From Blepharisma stoltei ATCC 30299 (Eukaryota > Protista > Ciliophora), in contig CBFDEM010000044.1 in assembly GCA_965603825.1 (NCBI GenBank), forward strand, positions 682,001-746,000: a DNA stretch of 64,000 nucleotides, in the 5' to 3' direction. Below, piece after piece: positions 11,201 through 26,200 of this stretch. The translations under genes were made by a program, and so were the position numbers. Under the pieces are notes generated by a model. The model was given only the letters and a program-made list of their open reading frames with translations, made no database searches and had not been told where the DNA came from. Every line of letters starts with the position of its first letter. Positions within the stretch are counted from its first letter, which is position 1.

Positions 11201-14200
11201 TCTAAAGTATTTAGTGTCCCCTATTTAAATTTCGAAGAGCCTGTTATAGAAAGACAAAGGTTTAGAATTGTAAATAAACCGTTAATTCAGCCTGAAATCG
11301 TGGATTTCTTGAATACCTTTACGAAAGCATGCTTAGGGAATTTGAAGCATATGTCAAGAATTAAGACACGACAAGCTTTTAACACGTGGAAGGAGTCAAC
11401 TGACTTCGAAAATGACGAAATTTTATCAGCTGCCGTAAAAAGAAGATTCTTAAAAGGAAAGCCATCAAAGCCTAGAAGCCAAAAAATGGACACTATAGTC
11501 AATTACTTATTCAGGATGCATGAAACCAGAAGCCAGCTTCTTGGTAATGCTCTATTTAAATGGCTAGGCTACAGACTTGCAGGACTTTCTACCCAGACTA
11601 CCCACAATCTTCTATATAAACCTTTAACAATCCCTGAATTAGATTATTCATTTGACCTAAAAGCTATAAAATATTCAGGAATTTTAATGAAAAAGCCTAG
11701 AGTTATGATTGAAGAAATGGACGAATTCAAGAGAAATTCCCATTTATTAGCTGGAAAGCCAAAAGACAATGGAAAAATGAGCTTAATTGTGGAGAAACTC
11801 TATAAAATTGCAAAATCAAAAGAACATGCAAGTGAATTAGCATTATTTAAATGGTTTAGTCATGATATAGATGAGAAATGTGAGAAATTATATTATAAAA
11901 TATTTACTAAGCCTTTGACTATAGCAGAAATTGAAAGTTCTTATGAGAAATATAGTGAAAAAGTGTTAGCAAAACCAATTGCAATGATTGAGGAAATAAA
12001 AGAGCTGACTCAAGACCAAAAAGAAATTATGAAAAAGAGTGTAGTCAAATTGGCAAGAATTTTCAGAGGGAATCTGCAAAAGGTTATTAATAGATGGAAA
12101 ATTAACCATCATAAGAAAACTACTGCTATTGCAAAAAGAAAGACAAAGGCAGTTAAAGTTAGATCAGCGCCAAGAAATAGGCCAGCGTTTGAAATTTTAA
12201 ATAAGCCTACAACTCAGCTTGAATTTATTGATCACTCAAAGACAATCAAAGATTTGCTTACAAACTTAACCCACGCAGTTAAATACAATTTACTCAGATC
12301 TCTCAATTCTTGGAAGAATAATGCACAGCTAATATCAGCAACAAAAACTGAAGCTCAAGTCACATTCAGTGTAATGCAAAAGGTATCAATTGCTCCAGAA
12401 ATCAAATACGAAGAAAATGCAGCAAAGAAAATGCATTTAAGAGTCTTAAGCAAAATCGTCATGTTTGGACTGCATAAAGCATTTGATACTTGGAAACAAA
12501 ATTTAGTAAAATATGAAGAAGTCGCAGAAATACAAATCTTTATTCCTATTAGCAAGCTTATAGTGATTCCAGAAATCCAATCAGCCCCAACTCTTATTTC
12601 CTTAGAAATACAAAAGACTTCTATACTCGCCCTGCCAAGAGTTCTTCCAGAGCTTTCAACAGAGCAACAAATACACGATATGGAGAATAAATATAGACAA
12701 AAAGTCCAAATCACCTCACTATCAGCAATTCTTCCTCCACTTGTTGCACCTGAAATTTCTATTGAGCATAAAGCAGATAAAGTCCAATATTTCTCTTTGT
12801 CGAAAAAATCTATTGTGTACCCATTCTATCAAGACGAAACTACAAAGAAAATAGGAGCCATTGCAAGGCATTTTTCAGCAGTCTCACAAAAGAGAGAAGA
12901 GTTTGCGAAACTTGCTCTATTTAAATGGTTCTCAAATACTAGAGATAGTGATATCAAGAGGACTTCTAGAACTATTTTCTCTGCATTTGCCAAACCTTTG
13001 TCGATGATGCAGTGCTTGATTGATGCAAAAGTTATTAGATACTCTGAAATAGTTATGAGAAAGCCAAGAATGATGATTGAAGAAACTGATATAGTCAAGA
13101 AAAATTCGCATTTATTATCTGAAAAGCCTAAAGACGACCAAAAAATGCAAATGGCTGTTGAAAAGTTATACAGAATAGCCCAACTCAGAAAAATATTGAC
13201 TGAAGTTGCAATCTTTAGATGGATTAGTCGTGGAATTACTGAGGAGGTAAAAAAGTTAGATTATAAATTATTCACAAAGCCATTAACAACAGTTGAGTTT
13301 GAGAATTCTATTGAAGAGCACAGATATGCAGCCAAAGTTGTAGCCAAACCAATTGTGATTATAGAAGAAGTCGAAGAATTGACTCAAAGCCAAAAAGAAA
13401 TCATGAAAAAATCAATTTATAATTTAGCTAGAATTTTCAGAGGAAATCTTCAAAAAGTTATTAATAGATGGAAAATAAACCATCATAAGAAAAATACAGC
13501 AATTGCTAAGAGAAAGACAAAGGCAGTTAAAGTCAGATCAGCTCCAAGAAATAGGCCAGTATTCGAAATTTTAAATAAGCCTACAACTCAGCTTGAGTTT
13601 GTGGACCACTCAAAGAATATCAAAGATTTGCTTACAAACTTAACCCACGCAGTTAAATACAATTTACTCAAATCTCTTAATTCTTGGAAAAATACTGCAA
13701 GACTAATATCAGCAACAAAAACTGAAGCTCAAGTCTCATTCAGTGTAATGCAAAAGGTATCAATTGCCCCTGAAATCAAATACGAAGAAAATGCAGCAAA
13801 GAAGATGTGCATAAGAGCATTAAGCAGAATTGGAATGCTTGGACTAAATAAAGCCTTTGAAACTTGGAATCAATATTTAGTTCAATATGAAAAAGCTAAT
13901 AAGGAAACTCAGATCTTTACTCCTGCAAATAAACTTATTATTACTCCAGAAATTCTATCAGTCCCAACTCTTGTTTCCTTAGAAATACAAAAGACTTCTA
14001 TACTCACCCTGCCAAGAGTTCTGCCTGAAATTATCGTTGAGCCTAAAATACAGCATATCCAGCATTTCTCTTTGTCTAAGAAATCTATTGTTTTCCCACT
14101 TTATCAAGATCAAACTGTAAAGAAAATAGGCAGCATTGCCAAGTATCTATCAATAGCAGCTCAAAAGAGAGATGAATTTACCAAAACTGCTCTCTTTAAA

Positions 14201-17200
14201 TGGTTTACAAAAATTCATGATAACGATGTAAAAGACACTTCTAGGTCTATATTTTCAATATTTGGGAAACCTATAGTCATGATTCAATACTCGCTTGACG
14301 CTAAAACGGCGATATCTTCAGAAACTATAATAAGAAAGCCAAGGATAATGATAGAAGAAACTGATATAGTCAAGAAAAATTCGCATTTATTATCTGAAAA
14401 GCCTAAAGACGACCAAAAAATGCAAATGGCTGTTGAAAAGTTATACAGAATAGCCCAACTCAGAAAAATATTGACTGAAGTTGCAATCTTTAAATGGATT
14501 AGTCGTGGAATTACTGAGGAGGTTAAAAAGTTAGATTATAAATTATTCACAAAGCCTTTAATCACAGTTGAGTTTGAGAATTCTATTGAAGAGCATAGAT
14601 ATGCAGCCAAAGTTGTAGCCAAACCAATTGTGATTATAGAAGAAGTCGAAGAATTGACTCAAAGCCAAAAAGAAATCATGAAAAAATCAATTTATAATTT
14701 AGCTAGAATTTTCAGAGGAAATCTTCAAAAAGTTATTAATAGATGGAAAATAAACCATCATAAGAAAAATACAGCAATTGCTAAGAGAAAGACAAAGGCA
14801 GTTAAAGTCAGATCAGCTCCAAGAAATAGGCCAGTATTCGAAATTTTAAATAAGCCTATAACTCAGCTTGAATTTGTTGACCACTCAAAGAATATCAAAG
14901 ATTTACATGCAAACTTAACCCACGCAGTTAAATACAATTTACTCAGATCTTTCAATTCTTGGAAAAATACTGCAAGACTAATATCAGCAACAAAATCTGA
15001 AGCTCAAGTCTCATTCAGTGTAATGCAAAAGATATCAATTGCCCCTGAAATCAAATATGAAGAAAATGCAGCAAAGAAGATGTGCATAAGAGCATTAAGC
15101 AGAATTGGAATGCTTGGACTAAATAAAGCCTTTGAAACTTGGAAGCAATATTTGGTTCAATATGAAAAAGCTAATACAGAAACCCATATATTTACTCCTG
15201 CAAATAAACTTATTATGACTCCAGAAATTCTATCAGTCCCAACTCTTATTTCCTTAGAAATACAAAAGACTTCTATACTCACCCTGCCAAGAGTTCTGCC
15301 TGAAATTATCGTTGAGCCTAAAATACAGCATATCCAGCATTTCTCTTTGTCTAAGAAATCTATTGTTTTCCCACTTTATCAAGATCAAACTGTAAAGAAA
15401 ATAGGCAGCATTGCCAAGTATCTATCAATAGCAGCTCAAAAGAGAGATGAATTTACCAAAACTGCTCTCTTTAAATGGTTTACAAAAATTCATGATAACG
15501 ATGTAAAAGACACTTCTAGGTCTATATTTTCAATATTTGGGAAACCTATAGTCATGATTCAATACTCGCTTGACGCTAAAACGGCGATATCTTCAGAAAC
15601 TATAATAAGAAAGCCAAGGATAATGATTGAAGAAACTGATATAGTCAAGAAAAATTCGCATTTATTATCTGAAAAGCCTAAAGACGACCAAAAAATGCAA
15701 ATGGCTGTTGAAAAGTTATACAGAATAGCCCAACTCAGAAAAATATTGACTGAAGTTGCAATCTTTAAATGGATTAGTCGTGGAATTACTGAGGAGGTTA
15801 AAAAGTTAGATTATAAATTATTCACAAAGCCTTTAACCACAGTTGAGTTTGAGAATTCTATTGAAGAGCACAGATATGCAGCTAAAGTTGTAGCCAAACC
15901 AATTGTGATTGTAGAAGAAGTCGAAGAATTGACTCAAAGCCAAAAAGAAATCATGAAGAAAACTATATGCAATTTGGCAAGAATTTTCAGAGGAAATCTC
16001 CAAAAAGTTATCAATAGATGGAAAATAAACCATTATAAGAAAAATACTGCGATTGCTAAGAGGAAGACAAAAGCTATTAAAGTCAGATCAGCTCCAAGAA
16101 ATAGGCCAATATTCGAAATTTTAAATAAGCCTACAACTCAGCTTGAATTTATTGACCACTCAAAGAATATCAAAGATTTGCTTACAAACTTAACCCACGC
16201 AGTTAAATACAATTTGCTCAAATCTCTCAATACTTGGAAAAATGCAGCGCGACTCGCCAAAGCCGAGACTGAAATACAAATCTTTATTCCTATTAGCAAG
16301 CTTATAGTGATTCCAGAAATCCAATCAACCCCAACTCTTATTTCCTTAGAAATACAAAAGACTTCTATACTCGCCCTGCCAAGAGTTCTTCCAGAGCTTT
16401 CAACAGAGCAACAAATACACGATATGGAGAATAAATATAGACAAAAAGTCCAAATCACCTCACTATCAGCAATTCTTCCTCCACTTGTTGCACCTGAAAT
16501 TTCTATTGAGTATAAAGCAAATAAAGTCCAATATTTCTCTTTGTCGAAAAAATCTATTGTGTACCCATTCTATCAAGACGAAACTACAAAGAAAATAGGA
16601 GCCATTGCAAGGCATTTTTCAGCAGTCTCACAAAAGAGAGAAGAGTTTGCGAAACTTGCTCTATTTAAATGGTTCTCAAATACTAGAGATAGTGATATTA
16701 AAGGAGTTTCTAGATCTATTTTCACAACGATTATTAAACCTTTGTCTATTATTCAGTGTTTGATTGATGAAAAACCTATTAGATACTCAGAAGCATTGAT
16801 CAAAAAGCCAAGGATTGTTATTGAAGAAATGGATATCGTAAAGAAAAATTCGCATTTATTATCTGAAAAGCCAAAAGATGATCAAAAAATGCAAATGGCT
16901 GTAGATAAGCTATTTAGCATTGCAAAAGCAAGAAAACTGATGAGTGAAGTTGCAATATTTAAATGGATTAGTTGCGAAGTTTCTGAAAATAAAGAAAAAT
17001 TGTATTATTGTCTCCTAACAAAACCAATAACTACGATAGAAAAAGAATCCTCTGTAAATTCATCTATAAATATAATTTTGTCAAAGCCAATTGTAATAAT
17101 TGAGGAAATAGAAGAATTAAATGACAGCCAAAAAGAAATGATGAAGAAAACTATTTTGAACTTAGCCAGAATTTTCAGAGGCAATCTCCAAAAAGTTATA

Positions 17201-20200
17201 AATAAATGGAAAGTTAATCATCATAAGAAAAATACTGTAATTGCTAAGAGAAAGACAAAAGCTGTCAAAGTAAGATCAGCACCTAGGAATCGACCTGTAT
17301 TTACTGTATTAAGTAAACCAACAACTCAGCTTGAACTTATAGACCACTCAAAGACGATCAAAGATCTCCTTGTAAACATAACACACGCAGTCAAATATAA
17401 CCTACTCAAATCTCTTAACTCGTGGAAAACGGCTGTGCAGCTAATAAAAGCAACAAAATCTGAAGCTAAAAAATCATTCAGCATTACTCAAAAGCTTTCA
17501 ATTGCTCCAGAAATAATTTTCGAAGAGGCAAATCCCCAAGTCAAAGTCTTTTTCCCTGCCAAAAAACTTATTGTGACTCCACAAATCGAATCAATCCCTA
17601 TCCTTATCTCATTAGAAATTCAAAAATCTTCCGTCTTAATTGCACCAAGAGTTTTGCCAGATTTCCTAACAGAACAAAAAATCCATGATATGGAAAATAA
17701 GCATAAGCAATCAGTCCAAGTAGTCTCGTTATCAGCAGTTCTTCCTCCTGTTGTTGTGCCTGAAATCCTATTAGAACCAGAAATCCAGCATTTTTCATTA
17801 TCTAAGAAATCGATTGTGTTCCCACTCTATCAGGATGAAGCTATAAAGAAACTCGGTAGCCTCGCAAGACATCTTTCATTAATCTCACAAAAAAGAGAAG
17901 AGTTTGCAAAACTGGCTCTATTTAAATGGTTCTCAAGTATCCGTAGCAATGACATAAAAGGAACTTCCCGGTCTATTTTCTCAGTATCTTCAAAGCCTTT
18001 GTGTATAATTCAGCAAGCTACAGAGCCATCTTTAGTAAGCTTACTACCAACTCTAACGAACTTAAGCCATATTGCAAAATTCAGCTTATTTAAAGCATTT
18101 TCTTCATGGAAAAACTCAGAACCACTTAAGCCAGAAACTAAATTATCATTTACAATTCTATCAAAACTCTCAGTTATTCCTGAAATAGTATTTGAAGACA
18201 ATAAATCCTACCAAAAACTGCATTTGAACGTCCTCAATAAAATCGCTAAATTAAGCTTGTTTAAAGCATTTGAGATCTGGAGACAAAGTATGGTAGAATT
18301 TGAAGAAATCGAAGAAATTGTGTCAACAACTAAAGCTTCACAAGAAAGAAAAGTATTTTTGCCTAAAGCCAAGGTCTTTGTTGTGCCTTGCTTAGATTTC
18401 GAGGCTTCGGTTATGATTAAAACATCACAGGCTATGAGCAAGCCAATAAGCCAGCCAGAGGTTGTAGATTTCTTAAGTAATTTCACGAAAGCTTGTTTAG
18501 GGAACTTGAAGCATGTGTCGAACATAAAATTAAGACAAGCCTTTAATAAGTGGAAAAATGAGACTGACTTAGAAAGTGATGAGTTTCTGTCTGCGGCTGC
18601 GAAAAAATGGGCATTAAAAGGAAAACCATCAGAGCCACAAAGCAAAGAAATGGAGACTATAGTTCATTTCTTAAATCAGACACAAGAAACTAGAAGCCAG
18701 CTACCTGAGCGTGCTCTATTTAAATGGATTGGCTATAAGCTTGCAGGTCTATCTGATCAGTTTACTTATAAATTGCAATATAAGCCTTTGGTCGCCTTAG
18801 AAATCGATTATGAATTTGAAAAGAAAATTAAAAAATATTCAGAAATTAGAAAGCCTTTAATAATGATAGAAGAAACTGACATAATCAAGAAAAATTCACA
18901 ATTTTTGTCTGGAAAGCCAAGGTTTGATAATGAAAAAATGAGCATGGCTGTTGAAAAATTATTCAAAATAGCTCAGCTTAGAAAAATTTTTACTGAAGTT
19001 GCAATCTTTAAGTGGATTAATAGAGGGGTTACTGAAAAAGCCATTAGGCAGGATTATAAATTGTTCACAAAGCCTTTAACAGCTATTTATATTGAGAACT
19101 CAGTTGAGGAATTTAGACATTCAGAAAAAGTTTTAGCAAAGCCTATTGTAATTATTGAAGAAATCGAAGAATTGACTCAAAGCCAGAAAGAAATGATGAA
19201 GAAAACTATTTTGAACTTAGCCAGAATTTTCAGAGGCAATCTCCAAAAAGTTATAAATAGATGGAAAATTAATCACCACAAGAAAAATACGGCAATTGCT
19301 AAGAGAAAGACAAAGGCAGTTAAAGTCAGATCAGCTCCAAGAAATAGGCCAGTATTCGAAATTTTAAATAAGCCTACAACTCAACTTGAATTTATTGACC
19401 ACTCAAAGAATATCAAAGATTTGCTTACAAACTTAAACCATGCAGTTAAATACAATTTACTCAGATCTCTTAATTCTTGGAAGAATACTGCACAGCTAAT
19501 ATCAGCAACAAAAACTGAAGCTCAAGTCTCATTCAGTGTAATGCAAAAGATATCAATTGCCCCAGAAATCAAATACGAAGAAAATGTAGCAAAGAAGATG
19601 TGCATAAGAGCTTTAAACAAACTTGTTTTGCTTGGACTAAATAAAGCACTTGATACTTGGAAACAAAATTTAGCTAAAAATGAAGAATTAGCTGCAGAAA
19701 TCAAAATATTTACACTTGCTAGCAAGCTTATAATGATTCCAGAAATCCAATCAGTCCCAACTCTTATTTCCTTGGAAATACAAAAGTCTTCAGCCCTTAG
19801 ACCACAAATAGTTTTGCCAGAGTTTTTGACAGAGCAACAAATCTATAGCATAGGAAATAGACATAAGCAAAGAGATCAAACTATATCATTGTCCGTACTT
19901 CTTCCTCCAGTTTTATCTCCTGAGATTCTCGTTGAACATAAAATGCAGGATTTTCAATATTTCTCCTTGTCTAACAAATCTATTGTGTTCCCATTCTATC
20001 AAGAAGAGACCACAAAGAAACTAGGAGCCATTGCAAGGCATCTTTCTGCAGTCTCACAAAAGAGAGAAGAGTTTGCGAAACTTGCTCTATTTAAATGGTT
20101 CTCAAATACTCATGAAAGCGATATTAAAGGGGTTTCTAGAACTATTTTCACTGCACTTATTAAACCTTTATCGATTATTCAGTGTGTATTTGACATAAAG

Positions 20201-23200
20201 CCGATTAGATACTCAGAAACAGTAATAAGAAAATCTAGGATTGTTATTGAAGAAATGGATATAGTAAAGAAAAACTCTCATTTATTGTCTGAAAAGCCAA
20301 AAGATGACCAAAAAATGCAAATGGCTGTTGATAAGCTATTTAGCATTGCAAAAGTAAGAAAATTGATGAGTGAAGTTGCATTATTTAAATGGACTAGTTG
20401 CGAAGTTTCTGAAAACAGAGAAAAAGTGCATTATTGTCTACTAACAAAACCGCTAACGACAATAGAAAAAGAATCCTCTGTAAAATCATCTATAAATACA
20501 GCAAGCGCTTTGTCAAAACCAATTGTAATAATTGAGGAAGTAGAAGAATTAAGTGATAGCCAAAAAGAAAAGATGAAGAAAACTATTTTTAACTTAGCCA
20601 GAATTTTCAGAGGCAACCTCCAAAAAGTTATAAATAAATGGAAAATTAACCACCACAAGAAAAATACTGCAATTGCTAAGAGGAAGACCAAAGCTGTAAA
20701 AGTAAGATCAGCTCCAAGAAATAGGCCTGTATTTGAATTGCTAAGTAAACCGACAACTCAGCTCGAATATATTGATCATTCAAAGACCATCAAAGATTTA
20801 CTTACTAACTTAAATCACGCAGTAAAATACAATTTATTAAAATCTCTCAACTCCTGGAAAAATGCTGCACAATTAAAGAGAGCCGCGAAAACTGAATCCC
20901 AAAAGTCGTTTAGCATAGCTCAAAAGCTCTCAATTATTCCAGAAATTAAATACGAAGAAGAAAACATCGCAAAGAAAATGCATTTGAGAGCCCTAAATAG
21001 AATTGCGCTTTTCAGACTCTACAAAGCTTTTGATAGATGGACAAAAGAGCCAGTAGAGTTTGAAGAAGTCGAAGAAGTCACGACAACAGTCACCACCAAA
21101 ACCAAATCTGCTCCAGACGCTCAAGTAATTTTTGCTGCTTTATCAAAAGTCCCTGTAATCCCAATTATCCAATATGAAAATAAAGCAGATATTTTAGCAC
21201 AAAAACTTCATCTAAAAGCACTAAACAAAATCATTATGTTCAGCCTCTACAAAGCATTTGATGCATGGAAACAAAACTCTGTAGAATACGAAGAATTCGA
21301 AGAAGTTGTCACAGAAATCACCAAAATCAAAGCTTCTCCTGTATCAAGAAAAGTCTTTACCCCTGTCAGCAAGGTCATTGTGATTCCTTGCTTTGGTTTT
21401 GAAGCTAAAGAGCGCACATTGACTCTCCAAAGATTTTTAACCATGAGCAAGCCAATCCTTCTTCCAGAAATTGTAGATTTCTTAAGCACCTTCACAAAAG
21501 CCTGCTTAGGAAATTTGAAACATATGTCAAGAATTAAGCTTAGACAAGCTTTTAGCACCTGGAAAGAGGCCACTGACTTTGAAAACGATGAAATATTATC
21601 AGCAGCTGTCAAAAGAAGGTTCTTGAAAGGAAAACCATCTAAGCCTAGAAGCCAAAAAATGGACTCTATAGTCAATTATCTATTCCAAATACAAGAAACA
21701 CGAAGCCAATTACTTAATCGTGCTTTATTTAAGTGGCTCGGCTATAAAGCTGCAGATCTGTCTAATCAATTTACCTATATACCTCTATTAAAGCCATTTA
21801 TTACCCCTGAAATTGATTATTCAATTGATGTAAAAGCAATAAAATACTCAGAAATGATACTTAGGAAGCCAAGAGTCATGATTGAAGAAATGGACGAAAT
21901 AAAGAAGCATAGACATTTATTGTATGAAGAACCAAAATCTGATGACGATAAAATGAAGATGGCTGTAGATAAATTATATAGAATTGCAAATGCAAGAAAA
22001 TTGATGAGCGAAGTCGCTATATTTAAATGGATTAGTTATGGAGTTTCTGAAGACAGGATTAAGATGAGCTATAAATTGTTTACTAAGCCTTTGACTACAA
22101 TTGAAATGGAACACTCTGTAAAAGCTGAAATAAGTACAGAAAAAATTCTTTTAAAGCCTATTGCAATGATTGAGGAAGTGGAAGAATTGAGTAGCGGCCA
22201 AAAAGAAATCATGAAGAAGACTGTATTGAGTTTGGCGAGAATTTTCAGAGGAAATCTTCAAAAAGTTATTAATAGATGGAAAATTAATCACCATAAGAAA
22301 AATACTGCAATTGCTAAGAGAAAGACCAAAGCTGTAAAAGTAAGATCAGCTCCAAGAAATAGGCCTGTATTTGAATTGCTAAGTAAACCGACAACTCAGC
22401 TCGAATATATTGATCATTCAAAGACCATCAAAGATTTACTTACTAACTTAAATCACGCAGTAAAATACAACTTATTAAGATTTCTCAACTCCTGGAAAAG
22501 TGCTGCACAATTAAAGAAAGCCGCGAAAACTGAAGCCCAAAAGTCGTTTAGCATAGCTCAAAAGCTCTCAATTATTCCAGAAATTAAATACGAAGAAGAA
22601 AGCATCGCAAAGAAAATGCATTTGAGAGCTCTAAATAGAATTGCGCTTTTCAGACTCTACAAAGCTTTTGATAGATGGACAAAAGAGCCAGTAGAGTTTG
22701 AAGAAGTCGAAGAAGTCACGACAACAGTCACCACCAAAACCAAATCTGCTCCAGACGCTCAAGTAATTTTTGCTGCTTTATCAAAAGTCCCTGTAATCCC
22801 AATTATCCAATATGAAAATAAAGCAGATATTTTAGCACAAAAACTTCACCTAAAAGCACTCAATAAAATCATTATGTTCAGCCTCTACAAGGCATTTGAC
22901 GCATGGAAACAAAACTCTGTAGAATACGAAGAATTCGAAGAAGTTGTCACAGAAATTACCAAAATCAAAGCATCCCCTGTATCAAGAAAAGTCTTTACCC
23001 CTGCTAGCAAGCTTCTCATTACTCCTGAAATTGATTATTCAATTGATGTAAAAGCAATAAAATACTCAGAAATGATACTTAGGAAGCCAAGAGTCATGAT
23101 TGAAGAAATGGACGAAATAAAGAAACATAAGCATTTGCTGTCTATAGAACCAAAACCTGATGATGATAAAATGAAGATGGCTGTAGACAAATTATATAGA

Positions 23201-26200
23201 ATTGCAAATGCAAGAAAACTGATGAGTGAACTTGCAATCTTTAAATGGATTAGTTGTGGAGTTTCTGAAAAGAGTGCTAAGGAGAGCTATAAATTGTTCA
23301 CAAAACCTTTAACAATAATTGAAGTAGAAAATTATGTTGAGGAATCAAGATATGCAGAAAAAATTTTAATTAAGCCTATAGTAATGATTGAGGATGTAGA
23401 AGAATTGAGTAGCGGCCAAAAAGAAATCATGAAGAAGACTGTATTGAGTTTGGCGAGAATTTTCAGAGGAAATCTTCAAAAAGTTATTAATAGATGGAAA
23501 ATTAATCATCATAAGAAAAATACTGCAATTGCTAAGAGAAAGACCAAGGCTGTAAAAGTAAGATCAGCTCCAAGAAATAGGCCTGTATTCACATTGCTAA
23601 GTAAACCAACAACTCAGCTCGAATTTAATGACCACATAAAGACCATCAAAGATCTAATAGCAAACTTAAATCACACAATTAAATATAATGCATTCAAATC
23701 ATTCAACACTTGGAAAAATGCTGTACAGCCAATTATCTCTACAAAAACTGAAGCCCAAGTCTCATTCAATGCTATTCAAAAAGTATCAATTGCTCCAGAA
23801 ATTAAATACGAAGAAGAAAACCTCACAAAGAAAATGCATTTGAGAGCCCTAAATAGAATTGTGCTTTTCAGACTCTACAAAGCTTTTGAGAGATGGACAA
23901 AAGAGCCAGTAGAGTTTGAAGAAGTCGAAGAAGTCACGACAACAGTCACCACCAAAACCAAATCTGCCCCAGATACTCAAGTAATTTTTGCTGCTTTATC
24001 TAAAGTCCCTGTAATCCCAATTATCCAATATGAAAATAAAGCAGATATTTTAGCACAAAAACTTCATCTAAAAGCACTAAACAAAATCATTATGTTCAGC
24101 CTCTACAAAGCATTTGATGCATGGAAACAAAACTCTGTGGAATACGAAGAATTCGAAGAAGTAGTCACAGAAATCACCAAAATCAAAGCTTCTCCTGTAT
24201 CAAGAAAAGTCTTTACCCCTATCAGCAAAGTTGTTGTAATTCCTGAAATCCAAACCCTATACAAAACCAGCTTCAAATTCTTTGAAATTTCCAATGAATT
24301 AAATATTAAGCCTTACTACGAAGACGAAGTGAAAACCCAAGAAATTTCATCAGATAAGCTCAGCATTATAAGTCCTCCTATAACGATTCCAGAATTCCTT
24401 ATAGAAGCTGAAGAGCCTGAAGTTCAATATTTCGGCTGCGAACAAAAAGCTGTTACACTTCCAATTTATAAATCTTCAGAAAAGCATATAAAAACAAAAT
24501 TCCAAGTATTTGATTTATTAAGTAAAGCAGATGTCCAGCCATGCTTCTCCAGTGAAATAATTACTATAATTGAAAGAAAAACAGTGCTTAGATTACTAAT
24601 AGCCCCTATAATAGCTCCTGAGCTGCATGATGAACGCCAGAAGAAACATAAGTCGGTTGACTCAGAGTCAATAGTGCTTTCTGTAACTTCAAAACCAATT
24701 GCGGCACCAGAAATGGTAGAATACTCAAGAAGAAAGAGGAGAAGGACCTTCATGACTGAAAGTCCTAAAGAGGAGATGTCAGATGACAGCTATGAAGAAG
24801 AAATAGTGACTGAAATCACTTTTGTGAAGGTCACTCCATCTGAGATAGAAAGAACTGTGGTTTACCTTCAACAAAAAGTGCTAGTTCCTGCTGTGGTTGT
24901 TAATGATGTAGAAGTCATTGAGATTCAAGAAATGCAAAGCGCTTCAATCCAGCCTAAAGCAAAAGCCAAGGTAAGATCTGCTAAAAAAGCAAAAGCGCAC
25001 TTGAATAATCTGGATCATATCGTCAAAAGATGGATTGCAAGAGCATTTTACAGTTGGAGAATAGAAGATCCTGAAGCAATAGAAAGAAGACTGGTTCAAT
25101 CAAAGAAACTGACAAAGGAAACAGAGGTACTTAGAAAGGTTTATTGTCTAGAAACCAAATGTGTTGTTCCGATATCTCAGGCAGAAGACACTGAAATAAT
25201 AGAAGAGCTTGAAATACAAAGCACTTCAATCAAAGCTAAGCCTAAGAGGGCCAAAGTCAGATCCGCAAAGCCACATCTCAAGAATCTCGACCATATTCTC
25301 AAGAAAATCTTGTCATTAGCTTTCAATCACTGGAAATACGCCAAGAAAGACCCATCAAACGCCTATCTTCATGATATAAATACTACAAGAACTGAATTTT
25401 TCTTGTCAAGCAAACCAATTACTTCTATTGAAATCACTTATGAAGATGTAATAATCATGAAAAAGACAAGTGCAATCAGACCTAAAAAGAAAATTCAAGC
25501 CAAGCCTAGGAAGCAAAAGAGCCATTTACTAAATTTAATCCATATCGTCAAGGACAGAGTATCTCAAGCATTTAATAAATGGAGCAGAGAAGTGAAGCAC
25601 CCAGTTGCAAAGCTTGATCAGAAATCAACCAATCTCTTAGAAAGAAAAGAATATAAACTTGCATCCAAAGTTGCTATTCCTATTGTATTTGCTGAAGAAA
25701 CTGTCATCGAAATTGAAGAATTCCAAGTCCAAACTGCCTCAATTCAAGCAAGGCCTAAACAAACTAAAGTAAGGTCAGCCAAGAAAGCTAAGCCTCACCT
25801 TAAGAATTTGGATCATATCGTTAAAAAAGTGCTTCTCATTGCTTTTAATGCTTGGAAAAACATTTCTGTTATCAAAGAAACAGATATTTTAAGAAAGGAA
25901 ATCAGCCTCGTCACCAAGCCGTTGACCTCTATTGAAATCTTCTCTGAAGAGTTGTTTAGCAAGAAGACTCTTGGAATTAAAAAACCTCAAAAGAAAGCCC
26001 AGCCTCCTGCAAAGAAGCAAAAGAATCAATTTGTGATACTAAATCATATAGCGAAAAATTTGCTATCCAAGCCATTTAACAAATGGAGACTATTTAGCTT
26101 GCTTAAACATGAGAAAATTACTCAACAGTTTATTAAATACTCTCCAATAGCATTGCCAATAATTCCGATAGAAGTAATTGATGAAACAAGAGAGTCCCAC